DNA of 58,094 nucleotides from a virus (Duplodnaviria > Caudoviricetes): positions 1-58,094 of the IMG/VR virus record IMGVR_UViG_3300030110_001023; one strand, 5' to 3'. This document shows positions 46,669-55,946 of the stretch, in pieces. The first letter of the stretch is position 1; each line of letters opens with the position of its first letter. The notes under the pieces were generated by a model. That model did not search any database. It saw nothing but the letters and a program-made list of their open reading frames with translations, and had not been told where the DNA came from. Both the position numbers and the translations under genes were made by a program.

Positions 46669-47220
46669 ATGGACCCTGTAACATTGGCGGCTGTGACGGG
46701 CGGGTTTGCCGCTGTCAAATCAGCTATTAGTGGGGTGAGAAGCGCCCTTGAATCAGCAGACGATGTGGGAGCAATCGCTTCTCATATTGACACGTTATTC
46801 AAAACACATGGCGCTGCTAAGAAGCGTATCAAAGAAGCCCAAAATAAAAAGCCAACTCCTGCGTGGCAGAAATTAATTAAGTTTCGGCTTGGTGAAGATA
46901 ACGACGAGACATCTCTTGCAAATATTACAGCGGCAAAGCTGGCAGAGAAACAGCAAGAGGAGGACATTCGTAGGTTATCAATTCAAATAAACAAACGGTT
47001 TGGCGCAGACACTTGGGATGAAATCTTAGAGGCCCAGAAAGAAGCAGTCATCAAGCAGAGAAAGCGAAGGAAAGAAGCGGCTGAGAAACGGGAAAGGGAA
47101 AAGCTAGAAGCTAAAGGTTTCTGGCAAAAGCTTGTTATTGAGTTTGGTAAATTTATTGTAGTCGGTGCGTTTGTTGGCATCATGATAATGGTATTGATAT
47201 ATCTCAAGGCCAACAAGTAA
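46669..47220 (+). CDS. membrane-anchored coiled-coil protein
   Basis: MDPVTLAA start, C-terminal TM; RBS AGGAGG. Confidence 0.65.
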   Translation: MDPVTLAAVTGGFAAVKSAISGVRSALESADDVGAIASHIDTLFKTHGAAKKRIKEAQNKKPTPAWQKLIKFRLGEDNDETSLANITAAKLAEKQQEEDIRRLSIQINKRFGADTWDEILEAQKEAVIKQRKRRKEAAEKREREKLEAKGFWQKLVIEFGKFIVVGAFVGIMIMVLIYLKANK

Positions 47221-47564
47221 TGGACGGCGCTGTCGATATAAAATTTTTGATTACGCTAGGAGGTATAATCTTTAGCGTAGCTGGCGCAGCGGCTGTCGGT
47301 AAGATGCAGATCAAAGCGATTATTGAATCGCTGGGTGACGTTGAGAAAAGATTGAGGGATATTGATAAGAGACTTGATGTGCTTGAAACAAACCAAGGTA
47401 TTGTTCAGAATCAAATCAATACGCTCAAAGGTATTCTTAGTCCTGACAATCTTGCAAAGCAAAATAGAGAAGTAGAAGGTATTAAAGTCAGTGTTGTCGA
47501 GGCGCACAAAGATATTGATCGGTTGTTCAAAATGCACAACGGCAGTCATCCTGAGGTAAAGTAA
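47220..47564 (+). CDS. TM plus coiled-coil protein
   Basis: N-terminal TM, heptads, C-terminal MHNGSHP. Confidence 0.6.
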   Translation: MDGAVDIKFLITLGGIIFSVAGAAAVGKMQIKAIIESLGDVEKRLRDIDKRLDVLETNQGIVQNQINTLKGILSPDNLAKQNREVEGIKVSVVEAHKDIDRLFKMHNGSHPEVK

Positions 47565-47794
47565 TGGATTTAATTTTTTCTGGAGTGCTGTCGATAGCAA
47601 GTATGTTTTACTGCGACAACCAAGAATTTTTTAAACAAGCTTATAAAGAAATGAGCCAAGGGGCTGAGTGGCATTACGTTGGCCGTCAACCCCTTGACCC
47701 ATCAGCTAAGTCTATATCTGGTCGCATCTGCAATGAGGGTAAGTGCAGCGAACCTTATATTATGTGGAAGCTAAAGATGCCTGATAATGACTAG
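47564..47794 (+). CDS. hypothetical protein
   Basis: TAATG coupling with the upstream gene; last plus-strand gene of the late module. Confidence 0.55.
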   Translation: MDLIFSGVLSIASMFYCDNQEFFKQAYKEMSQGAEWHYVGRQPLDPSAKSISGRICNEGKCSEPYIMWKLKMPDND

Positions 47795-48075
47795 TCATCT
47801 TCAGACTTCAGAGCAGACGACATCTCGTCACAAACAAACTCGTTGAACGTGCGACCATCAGGCAAGTCTTTGCCGTCAATAATTGTCGTTGACCGAATCC
47901 ATTTGCAGCAGTCTCTGATGCCATGCTCGTAAGTTCTGTTGGTCAAGATGTACTCAAGACCTTCTCTGATCAAAGAACCAATGCTCCTTTCCTCTTGACC
48001 AGACCGCCTTCGCAATCTCTCTAACTGATCTTCTTCGACCACAAAGTTGAAAGTTGTTTTGTCTGACATGATCAC
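47791..48075 (-). CDS. ribbon-helix-helix DNA-binding protein
   Basis: TTFNFVVEEDQLERLRRRS....RSIGSLIREGL. Confidence 0.65.
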   Translation of the reverse strand: MIMSDKTTFNFVVEEDQLERLRRRSGQEERSIGSLIREGLEYILTNRTYEHGIRDCCKWIRSTTIIDGKDLPDGRTFNEFVCDEMSSALKSEDD

Positions 48076-48077
48076 CT

Positions 48078-48431
48078 CTAAAATGGAATGTCATCGTCAA
48101 GATCAAAATCATCTTCAGCCTTTTGATTGGACGGGGGTGGTGATTGATTGGACTGATCCATGTATGACTCGTCATACTCATTGACAAGCAGCCGCATGTT
48201 AGGACCGTACTGGCCCTCCTTTGATCTGTCCACGATCCCGTTGTCATAGGCTTGAATTGAGAGAAGCGGCTCCTTCCCCTCCTTCACACAAGCGACCAAG
48301 AACTTAACCACATCCTTGGACAGATGCATGTTGCCCCGAAAGTCTGGCTGACTGTCCTTGTTCTTATTCCTAACTGGCCTAAGGTTACAACTATTCTCCT
48401 TAGGTTTGTTTTCTATCTTCCATTGCGCCAT
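48078..48431 (-). CDS. single-stranded DNA-binding protein-like
   Basis: K...QPDFRG OB-type motif and acidic tail DLDDDIPF. Confidence 0.7.
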   Translation of the reverse strand: MAQWKIENKPKENSCNLRPVRNKNKDSQPDFRGNMHLSKDVVKFLVACVKEGKEPLLSIQAYDNGIVDRSKEGQYGPNMRLLVNEYDESYMDQSNQSPPPSNQKAEDDFDLDDDIPF

Positions 48432-49180
48432 TACACGTCCTCCTTCAAGGTTTTGATACGATCATTCAACCACGTCTGGGTTGACTTGGTGTTGTCTTCT
48501 ATCCACGACAATGCGTCTTGGTAGGCTTTGTCTCCTCTCTTTTTCAGCGCCTCTCTTCCTTCTTTGTTATCATTCCAAAACTTAATTAAATCTTTCTTTG
48601 CCGCCTTCGCATCATCAATACCCATGTCATTCACAACGTCCTGTGAAGCAGCACCGATGTTTGAAAAGTGCATGGCATACAGTTCTTTCATGCTCTCTGG
48701 ATCATAGGGATCATCATTTTGTACCTCGTCATCCAGAGACAGATCATCATCTGATGGTGACTCGTCATTAGCTGTCATGGGTAAATCCTCCCCTGCATAG
48801 ATGTAGTGACCCAGACCGCAGTAAGCCAAGGCCTTTACAAGACAACGCTGCAAAGCTGTGTTCACCGCAAATGAGTCAGGTGTTTTGACAGCATTGTTTT
48901 TGTAGTCGGTAATCGGGTAAGTCTCTGTCACTGTCTGGTCTCCCACCTTTACGGTGACCTTGACGTAAGCAAACCCCTGCTTATCCATTGCGTAGGGCAC
49001 TTGATTGTTATGCTCACCCAGAGTGAACCAGTGTTTCTCAAAGCTTGCGTTGGGAAAGTTTTCTTTAACGATGCCCCACGCCCACGCCCAAGAAAGGTAT
49101 GTCATGTTACCTTTCTTTTCAGTGTGGTCGTTGCAGTTAATTGACTGAAGCGTTTCCCAGACTGTTGATGTGTCTGTCAT
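48431..49180 (-). CDS. Sak3/DUF1071 single-strand annealing protein
   Basis: EKKG..TYLSWAWAW...VNTALQRCLVKALA..GLGHYIYAGEDLP. Confidence 0.85.
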   Translation of the reverse strand: MTDTSTVWETLQSINCNDHTEKKGNMTYLSWAWAWGIVKENFPNASFEKHWFTLGEHNNQVPYAMDKQGFAYVKVTVKVGDQTVTETYPITDYKNNAVKTPDSFAVNTALQRCLVKALAYCGLGHYIYAGEDLPMTANDESPSDDDLSLDDEVQNDDPYDPESMKELYAMHFSNIGAASQDVVNDMGIDDAKAAKKDLIKFWNDNKEGREALKKRGDKAYQDALSWIEDNTKSTQTWLNDRIKTLKEDV

Positions 49181-49527
49181 GGCAGTAAGTCCAGCAGCTT
49201 CTGCCACCACGTCTTAGGTCTCTCTCGCTCGACGTATGGGATGGGGGTGAGAAAGTCAGCCAATGCTGGAGACATGGCTGGCTTTTCTTCTGGCTGATCA
49301 ATCACTGTCGTCTGCTTGCCATTGCGCTGCCAAATCGGTGGCTTGTTTCGACGCATGTTCAGCACACCTTTGTACTGATCGTAACCAAGCTTATCGATAA
49401 TCACCCGCCTGACTTGTTGATAGCCTATTTTATTTGTCGGGCGTTCACTAATCTCTTTGAGGCTTGCGCCGTCAAGAAACTCCTCAACGATAAGTTCGTC
49501 GCGTTTAGCCTTTTCTTCTCTAGTCAT
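49177..49527 (-). CDS. HTH-containing hypothetical protein
   Basis: RDELIVEEFLDGASLKEIS....IGYQQVRRVI; RBS AGGAG. Confidence 0.6.
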   Translation of the reverse strand: MTREEKAKRDELIVEEFLDGASLKEISERPTNKIGYQQVRRVIIDKLGYDQYKGVLNMRRNKPPIWQRNGKQTTVIDQPEEKPAMSPALADFLTPIPYVERERPKTWWQKLLDLLP

Positions 49528-50398
49528 TTTGATTCTCCTGTTTGTATTGGTCGCAAAAGTCTGCGACCTGACAATAGTTTCCAACGCATCGCGCTGGTTC
49601 TCCCTTACGTTCTATGATTTGAAAGTCCTCCTTAGTTTTCATTTTGTTGTGATGCTCTTCTGCCTCCTCAAAAGTTTCGCAATTTTTTACTGACCGCACA
49701 CCGCCGTGTTTCACGATGGCCCATGTGCTATCTCTTTTCCACCTGTCTTCATTGGTGCATAAGGGTGGCTCGTTACCCATGTCATGATCGAACCAAGCGT
49801 CCTGATGATACGTCACCCTCTCTTCGATAAATCTTTTCTGTTCTTCCCGTGACCAAAGCGGCAACTCAACGACATGAACGGCGGCTTGGGGGTAGCTGTT
49901 GCTGTTGATGGCTTGTGCTTTTTTCCAATCCCGCAAGATCATGATCACTTGTAACCGATCAATATCAATACCCAGATCGTGGTGGGCAAGGTATGCATAA
50001 CAGTTGAGTTGTTCTTCCCATTCAGTGTTGGGCTTGCCCACCTTGTATGCACTCGTAAATTTCCAATCCATCAACACCTTCTGTTTCCCGTCAGTCCGAA
50101 TCGCATCACATTGTCCTGATACTTTCCAACCGTTGACCTCCATAAACATGCGCTGTTCGATGATGTCACTATCGTCAGCGCCTTCTTCCAAGACGGTGTG
50201 AATGCATTTGCCTAAGAGTTTCCAAACATCATCCGCAATATCAGTCACGATCTCGTCTTTATGTTTGGCCTGAAGGATACTAATCCTTGGCGATGACAAT
50301 AGCCGTGTGATAGTAATGTTGGATTCGCCGGGGTCGTACTTATCCCGAGCGAGGAGGTTCTCGAACTGATGGGGTAATCCATATTTATTTGTAATCAT
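49520..50398 (-). CDS. PD-(D/E)xK (Cas4/RecB-like) exonuclease
   Basis: G..IH..LE, SGQCD, DWK, EQLNCYAYL and C-terminal cysteines (C...RC..YC....FC). Confidence 0.82.
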   Translation of the reverse strand: MITNKYGLPHQFENLLARDKYDPGESNITITRLLSSPRISILQAKHKDEIVTDIADDVWKLLGKCIHTVLEEGADDSDIIEQRMFMEVNGWKVSGQCDAIRTDGKQKVLMDWKFTSAYKVGKPNTEWEEQLNCYAYLAHHDLGIDIDRLQVIMILRDWKKAQAINSNSYPQAAVHVVELPLWSREEQKRFIEERVTYHQDAWFDHDMGNEPPLCTNEDRWKRDSTWAIVKHGGVRSVKNCETFEEAEEHHNKMKTKEDFQIIERKGEPARCVGNYCQVADFCDQYKQENQND

Positions 50399-50430
50399 AT
50401 CTACCACTGAGTGGGTTGCTGTTGTCATGC

Positions 50431-50459
50431 GTTATATATTCATGTATATGAAGTGTCAA
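50431..50459 (-). promoter_or_regulatory. sigma70 promoter for the recombination operon
   Basis: TTGACA-17 bp-TATAAC on the minus strand in a short AT-rich divergent gap. Confidence 0.65.
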
Positions 50460-50842
50460 TGACTGAAATCAAGTTTGAAATTCTGGGTCAGCCCTACTCC
50501 AAAGCAAACAGCCGCAAGATGGTGTACTTTGGTAATCGGCCAGCCTTTATAAAATCAGATCGCGCACGGGATTATGAGGCGATATTCGCGTCTCAGTGCC
50601 CGACACTTGATCCCATCATTCCTTACAACAATACAGAGAAGCAGGACGTGGCTGTGTTCATGACCATATGGTACGCCAGTCGCCGCCCTGACCTAGACGA
50701 AAGCCTCATACTTGATTGTATGCAGGGGCGTATCTACGAGAACGACAGGTGTGTAAAAGAGAAACACATTAAGTGGGCGTATGATAAGGAAAATCCTCGC
50801 GCCGAAATTCAGGTGGTGAAAATAAAAATACCGCCTCCATGA
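50459..50842 (+). CDS. rusA: RusA-like Holliday junction resolvase
   Basis: GQPYSKAN...RRPDLD...ILDCMQG.IYENDR.V......DKENPRAEI. Confidence 0.82.
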   Translation: MTEIKFEILGQPYSKANSRKMVYFGNRPAFIKSDRARDYEAIFASQCPTLDPIIPYNNTEKQDVAVFMTIWYASRRPDLDESLILDCMQGRIYENDRCVKEKHIKWAYDKENPRAEIQVVKIKIPPP

Positions 50843-50857
50843 GGAGGCGGTAAGTTT
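50829..50857 (+). terminator. hairpin/terminator after rusA
   Basis: taccgcctcc-atga-ggaggcggta. Confidence 0.5.
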
Positions 50858-50896
50858 CAGGGAGGTTTCATCACAAATCGATTAGGAGAAATCAAT

Positions 50897-52666
50897 TTGA
50901 CAAAAGGCACAATAATGGAAATGACACAGCAAGACAATTACTTTCATGATCAGATTCAAGTAAGAGCAAACAGCGCAAGGGTAGGTTATTCAACGACTGC
51001 GCGAATCAAATGTCCGTATTGCAGTGACCATCGTAAAAACAAACATGACCGATCTATGGCAGTTACGTTCTTTTCTGACAGGCTGGTATACCTCTGCCAT
51101 CATTGCGAAGAGAAGGGTGCCATCTCCACAGAAAAGAAAGAGTGGAAACCAAAGCGCACATACCCGAAGGTGCAGGTCAAGGACGCTCCCCGATCCCCTG
51201 CCATAGACTGGTTGATACGAGAGCGGAAGATTGACCCTGACGTGGTCAAACAGTTCGGGGTGATATCGACTCGTAAGTATTTTCAAAAGCTTCAACGCGA
51301 AGCAGACTGCGTTGGCTTTCCTTTTTACAACGAGACAGAGGTCTATGCGGTCAAGTACCGCACATCAGGTGGGGATAAAGCACACACGCAAGAGGGTGCG
51401 GGTGGGGCACAATCATTCTTTGGTATTGAGAAGGTGCGGCCTGAGGCCAAGACGTTGATCATATGTGAGGGAGAGATTGATCAGTTAAGTCTCGTCACCG
51501 CTGGGTTCATCGACAGCGTCAGCGTCCCTAATGGGGCACCCATGAAGGCTTCCGAAGGAGAGGTCGATCCCACCAACGATAGGAAGTATGGCTTTGTATG
51601 GGCCGCAAAAGACCTCCTGAAGCAGGTTGATAAGGTTATCCTCGCCGTGGACATGGATGGCCCCGGTCAGGCACTGGCAGAGGAACTGGCACGGCGTATA
51701 GGTAAGGTGAAATGCTGGCAGGTAGACTGGCCCGAAGACTGCAAAGACCCCAACGATATTCTCGTAAAGCATGGGCCTGATAAACTGGTAGAAGTTATCG
51801 GTGACTCAAAGCCGTGGCCTATCACTGGGTTGTTTGACGTTGATCATTATGCCGATCAGGTAAATCAGATATATGAACGGGGACATCAACGGGGTCTGTC
51901 CACTGGTATCGATAGCGTCGATAACCTTTTTACCATATGTCCGGGTCAACTATCGATTGTCACTGGGCACCCGTCATCAGGTAAGTCTGAGTTCATCGAT
52001 CAGATCATGGTCAATATGGCTGAGAGTTATGACTGGTCGTTTGCCGTATGTAGTTTTGAGAACGATCCCCCAACGCACATCATTAAGCTGATGGAGAAAC
52101 ATGCGGGGGTTCCGTTCCACGATGGGCCTAGCATGAGGATGACCCGCGAAGAACTTGCAGAGGCGAAGGATTGGTGTGGCCGTCATTTCTTTTTCGTTGA
52201 GCAGAACGATGGCGAGCCAGCGTCTATTGAATCAATATTGGAGCGAGCGCAAGCTGCCATCCTACGATATGGGGTGAGGGGCTTGGTCATTGATCCGTAC
52301 AACTACGTTGATATTGACAAGTCAAAGGTGAGTGAGACTGAGGCGATCAGTCAGATGCTGACACGCTGTCGGTTATTCGCACGGGCACATGACATCCATG
52401 TATGGTTCATCGCACATCCCGCCAAGATGATGCGAGATGGGGGTGAGTTCCCAGCGCCTAAGGGATATGACATATCAGGATCAGCGGCATGGTTTGCCAA
52501 GGCTGATCTGGGCGTGACCGTTCACAGAAAGCCTGACACTAACTTATCTGAGATTCATTGTTGGAAGGTGCGCTTCAAGTGGGTGGGTCAACAGGGTGTG
52601 ACTGACCTTGAATATTTTAAATCAACAGGACAATACAGGGAGGCCATCAACTATGCAGAGCTTTGA
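50897..52666 (+). CDS. bifunctional primase-helicase (T7 gp4/Twinkle-like)
   Basis: Zn finger CPYC...CHHC, TOPRIM EGEID and DMD, KDPND, Walker A GHPSSGKS, VIDPY, IAHP, ISGS. True start may be a downstream ATG near 50915. Confidence 0.93.
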   Translation: MTKGTIMEMTQQDNYFHDQIQVRANSARVGYSTTARIKCPYCSDHRKNKHDRSMAVTFFSDRLVYLCHHCEEKGAISTEKKEWKPKRTYPKVQVKDAPRSPAIDWLIRERKIDPDVVKQFGVISTRKYFQKLQREADCVGFPFYNETEVYAVKYRTSGGDKAHTQEGAGGAQSFFGIEKVRPEAKTLIICEGEIDQLSLVTAGFIDSVSVPNGAPMKASEGEVDPTNDRKYGFVWAAKDLLKQVDKVILAVDMDGPGQALAEELARRIGKVKCWQVDWPEDCKDPNDILVKHGPDKLVEVIGDSKPWPITGLFDVDHYADQVNQIYERGHQRGLSTGIDSVDNLFTICPGQLSIVTGHPSSGKSEFIDQIMVNMAESYDWSFAVCSFENDPPTHIIKLMEKHAGVPFHDGPSMRMTREELAEAKDWCGRHFFFVEQNDGEPASIESILERAQAAILRYGVRGLVIDPYNYVDIDKSKVSETEAISQMLTRCRLFARAHDIHVWFIAHPAKMMRDGGEFPAPKGYDISGSAAWFAKADLGVTVHRKPDTNLSEIHCWKVRFKWVGQQGVTDLEYFKSTGQYREAINYAEL

Positions 52667-53432
52667 TCCGAAGGGTGATTTCAGAGCAGAGATCAAGACG
52701 CACAGCGTTATAGATTTTTTTGTGTTGGAAACAAACCTACCACCTCAGTTCATTGAGGTGCTGAACACTGAGATTGACAAGTTACTGGGAGAAGAGAACG
52801 TCAAGGAAGAGAAGGATTTCTCTGGTAATCTGGTGGGTCAGATAAAGCGTGGCGCACAGCTTAACCTAGAGAAGGGCAGGTGCGATGCCTTTCACGGTGT
52901 GTACGGTGTGGCTGAAAGCCTCGCCAAAGAATACGCCAAGCGGTTCATGATGATCGGTGGGAGTGACGTTGTGCAGCAGGGGTCTGTCGATTATCCACAC
53001 GCAGATTGTTATGAGGCGTGGACAGTCCACAGTTTCGCAGGGGATTATAATCCCATTCATGACCACGGTAACAGGTTGGATGGTGCCATGTCATTTGTGA
53101 TTTACACGATGGTGCCAGAGAATATGCGAAACAAAGATGCTTCAGATATGAAACATGCGTCAGGTTGGATGGATGGCTGCATCAGTTTTGTCAACGGCCC
53201 GACCAGTCAGAAGGCAGCAGCATCGTTCAGATATCCCAAGGTTCTGAACATCATTCCTGAGGTTGGGAAGATGGTCATCTTTCCACACTGGCTAAACCAT
53301 ATGGTGTATCCGTTTGATTGCGAGGGTGAGCGGCGTTCAGTGAGCGGCAACATAACCATGATGACCGAAGAGCATTATCAGATATTGACTAGTCAGGACA
53401 TGGTAGGTGAGGGAGCAAAGAATGATGAATAA
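52653..53432 (+). CDS. 2OG-Fe(II) oxygenase (TIGR02466-like)
   Basis: W.....GDYNPIHDH...SFVIY...PEVG.MVIFP.WL.H.VYPF....ERRSVSGN. Confidence 0.85.
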   Translation: MQSFDPKGDFRAEIKTHSVIDFFVLETNLPPQFIEVLNTEIDKLLGEENVKEEKDFSGNLVGQIKRGAQLNLEKGRCDAFHGVYGVAESLAKEYAKRFMMIGGSDVVQQGSVDYPHADCYEAWTVHSFAGDYNPIHDHGNRLDGAMSFVIYTMVPENMRNKDASDMKHASGWMDGCISFVNGPTSQKAAASFRYPKVLNIIPEVGKMVIFPHWLNHMVYPFDCEGERRSVSGNITMMTEEHYQILTSQDMVGEGAKNDE

Positions 53433-53721
53433 GCTTGGAATAAAACCAGCGCAGGTAACACGAGGGACCGTGTTGGATGAGGCCCGTAACTTAATCACGG
53501 GTAACCGTGCTGAAATGCACGGCGATGCAAAGCAAAACTTTACAAACATTGCCAAGCTTTGGAGCGTGTATCTTGATAGGGAGGTGGGTGCCAAGGACGT
53601 GGCGCTGATGATGTCTCTATTAAAAATAGCGCGAACCAAAACGGGAGAAATGAACCACGATGATGTGGTTGATGCGATTGGTTACTTGGCGTTGGGGGAG
53701 GAAGTAGCCCCCACCCGTTAG
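53422..53721 (+). CDS. DUF6378 family protein
   Basis: L.EA..LI.G.R...HGD...NF..IA.LWS.YL......DVA.MM.LLKIAR......D..VD..GY.AL. Confidence 0.8.
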   Translation: MMNKLGIKPAQVTRGTVLDEARNLITGNRAEMHGDAKQNFTNIAKLWSVYLDREVGAKDVALMMSLLKIARTKTGEMNHDDVVDAIGYLALGEEVAPTR

Positions 53722-53730
53722 GGTGAGGGC
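53707..53730. terminator. hairpin between convergent transcription units
   Basis: gcccccaccc-gtta-gggtgagggc at the convergence point. Confidence 0.45.
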
Positions 53731-53739
53731 GCTGGTGAA

Positions 53740-53970
53740 CTAGAGGTATTGGCGTATCATGTAACGAATTTGAGCGGATACGCTACGCTCGTTCTCTTCG
53801 CAAGCTTTCTGCAACTTGTCATGGCAGTCAGGGTCCAGAATAATATGCATCCTGATCTTGTCTTCTGCTAGGGTTGAGTTGTCTTTTGAGACTGGTTTCG
53901 ACTGTGTGCCAGTACCCACTGCCCCACTCGTTTCCTCTGTTGTCACATAGCTCTCGAACTGTGGTGGCAT
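53740..53970 (-). CDS. Arc/RHH-type DNA-binding protein
   Basis: RMHIILDPDCHDKLQKACEENERSVSAQIRYMI; start at 53970 (AAGGAG) or 53850. Confidence 0.6.
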   Translation of the reverse strand: MPPQFESYVTTEETSGAVGTGTQSKPVSKDNSTLAEDKIRMHIILDPDCHDKLQKACEENERSVSAQIRYMIRQYL

Positions 53971-54028
53971 TGTGTATTCTCCTTAGTACATTGTACGTCT
54001 GATCCGACGTTAGGTTGGTGGTGTTCAT
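53828..54028 (-). CDS. small hypothetical protein
   Basis: ATG 54028 with RBS AAGGAG; W...YW..V...L.R pattern. Confidence 0.55.
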   Translation of the reverse strand: MNTTNLTSDQTYNVLRRIHNATTVRELCDNRGNEWGSGYWHTVETSLKRQLNPSRRQDQDAYYSGP

Positions 54029-54054
54029 GTTCACTCCTTGTATCACACGGGATG

Positions 54055-54420
54055 TCATTCTTCAACACTGGGTGTGTCTTTGTTGGTTACAAGATGCACA
54101 ATCTCAGCCGACTTGAGCGTTGTCTTTTCCTCTGACATGTGTGCAGCAACCCAATCTTCAAACACTGGCGAGTGCATGATGTCTTCGTAACCCGTCATGT
54201 CCAGGTTGATCTGAAGGTGGTCGCCATTGATGTCCACGCTAGACACATCACATGTGGCAGATATGCCATCAAGCTGACCGATAAATACCATCATGTCTTC
54301 GATACGTTTTTCAAAGATCATGGCAAGATCAGCAAGGCTAAGTTGAGCTATCAAACTGCCCAGAGAATCAGCATGGATAGATCGGGGTGCAGACAGGTAT
54401 TTGTGGCTACTAATATACAT
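54055..54420 (-). CDS. hypothetical acidic protein
   Basis: Probable start MYISSHK overlapping the upstream stop. Confidence 0.55.
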   Translation of the reverse strand: MYISSHKYLSAPRSIHADSLGSLIAQLSLADLAMIFEKRIEDMMVFIGQLDGISATCDVSSVDINGDHLQINLDMTGYEDIMHSPVFEDWVAAHMSEEKTTLKSAEIVHLVTNKDTPSVEE

Positions 54421-54736
54421 CGGGCACGTCCTTCCAGTTGACCCAGCCTTTGCCCCAGCATCTGTCGCATTCGATGGTGACCTCATTGTAGCCAGCCCAA
54501 GGCCCATTTTCTGTGTGGCCTCCGACTTCTACTTCGCTGTCAACTCTGCCCGTGCCGCCGCAATCGGTACACTCAAAGTCAAAGCTGGGTATGGCATCCC
54601 AACTCTCACGCCATCCATGTACGATGTTTGGTTCAACGCCATGTTCAATGGCAAGCTTCACTAGATTGATCGTGTCGTTCTCAACGTCCACGATCTTTGC
54701 TTCTAGCTCCGCAATTTCTTCCTTAACGGTTAGCAT
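54410..54736 (-). CDS. protein with DnaJ-type zinc-finger repeats
   Basis: CTDCGGTG and CDRCWGKG; RBS AGGAGG. Confidence 0.68.
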   Translation of the reverse strand: MLTVKEEIAELEAKIVDVENDTINLVKLAIEHGVEPNIVHGWRESWDAIPSFDFECTDCGGTGRVDSEVEVGGHTENGPWAGYNEVTIECDRCWGKGWVNWKDVPDVY

Positions 54737-55913
54737 GTAATGATCCTCCTGACTTGTTTGTAAGAACATAGTCCTTCGTAATGGTGCCCAACTCTTTGTT
54801 ACCTCGCTTGTGAGCGCGAACCCACACGCGAGTACCGCCCCTAAGTCTACGGAAATGACCCCGCACATCATGTAATCTTTTGATGCCCTCGGTCTCCCTA
54901 AACTCACGGGGAATAATTGATATGCCTCTGGGCTTTGGCAAGTCAATTTCGATCTGGATGTGCGAGTTACCCCGCCTGAATTTACCAAACTTGTATTGTT
55001 TGTCAGTGCTTGCTTGGCGTGGAGACTGGATAACCCAGTCAAAGTTAAGCAACGCCAGAACAGTAATCAGGAACCGTGCGTCACCCCGAATGCTATCCTG
55101 CCCCACTGCTTGTATTCTAGCAGCAGTCTCTTCGTTCCATTCAGCATTGGCAACGTCCAGATAAAAGTCGATGCCCGGTCCTTGCAGTAAACGAATGTGA
55201 TTGCACAACTGGAACAGTGCTTCTCCAGTTTCTTTTGGGTTGGTCTTCTGATTATGCTGCGCCCACCATCCACCCAGTGCATCAATGCTGACGTTATGTT
55301 CAGCCTTGATATGCTGAAACAACTCATCATCAGACACAGATGTCTGACCTGTAAAGTCCTTGAGGAAATAACGGTGATGCGCCTCAGTAAATCCTGATCC
55401 CTCTTCACACACAGCAAACTGAATTGACAAGGGTGCAGCACCGATCATTTCTTTACCCGAAGCAGGGTCATTGAAGGGGACAAAGGGTGTGCCAATAAAA
55501 CTGTCACCCTCATACCCCGTGTGGGGTGCGTCTTCTAACAGATATCCCACGGTGTGGGATATGGCTGACCAGTCAATGGGATTATCCTGAGCAAACTTGT
55601 CCCTTGCTACCCGCTGCAAAACCTCCTGACGCAGGTGTTCATTCCACTCTATCCAAGTCAAATCGTTTGGCATACGAGCGAAGGGCAGCATCCGCAACAG
55701 TTCGCTGCAAGTCGCGATCATGCTCTGCTCCATTGCAAACTCAAGAAAGCGATCATCCAGCACGAACCGTGTTGCCTTACGCATGTCGATATATTTCTGG
55801 TGGCAGCGATCCTTGAACGCTTGGATGTGGCGCACCTCTTGTGCTGCGAAGACACCCTTCTTAGGGTTGTTCAAGGCAGCGATGACATCGTCAGCTAGAT
55901 TGAACTTAGCCAT
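54723..55913 (-). CDS. conserved phage early protein (396 aa)
   Basis: R.P....WIEW in the N-terminal part; basic C-terminal H.VRGHFR...VWVR.H.RG....G motif; RBS AGGAGG. Confidence 0.75.
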   Translation of the reverse strand: MAKFNLADDVIAALNNPKKGVFAAQEVRHIQAFKDRCHQKYIDMRKATRFVLDDRFLEFAMEQSMIATCSELLRMLPFARMPNDLTWIEWNEHLRQEVLQRVARDKFAQDNPIDWSAISHTVGYLLEDAPHTGYEGDSFIGTPFVPFNDPASGKEMIGAAPLSIQFAVCEEGSGFTEAHHRYFLKDFTGQTSVSDDELFQHIKAEHNVSIDALGGWWAQHNQKTNPKETGEALFQLCNHIRLLQGPGIDFYLDVANAEWNEETAARIQAVGQDSIRGDARFLITVLALLNFDWVIQSPRQASTDKQYKFGKFRRGNSHIQIEIDLPKPRGISIIPREFRETEGIKRLHDVRGHFRRLRGGTRVWVRAHKRGNKELGTITKDYVLTNKSGGSLHANR

Positions 55914-55930
55914 ACAAACCTCCTATTTAT

Positions 55931-55946
55931 GAGTCATCAGTAACTT
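55931..55946. promoter_or_regulatory. 16-bp palindromic site, copy 6 (GAGTCATCAGTAACTT)
   Basis: One mismatch to consensus; 18 bp upstream of ATG 55913, the same spacing as copy 2. Confidence 0.55.

Noticed and set aside
49520-50398. Cas4-like nuclease as evidence of a CRISPR-Cas system
   Set aside because: No repeat-spacer array or other cas genes; context next to an annealase and SSB indicates a recombination exonuclease.
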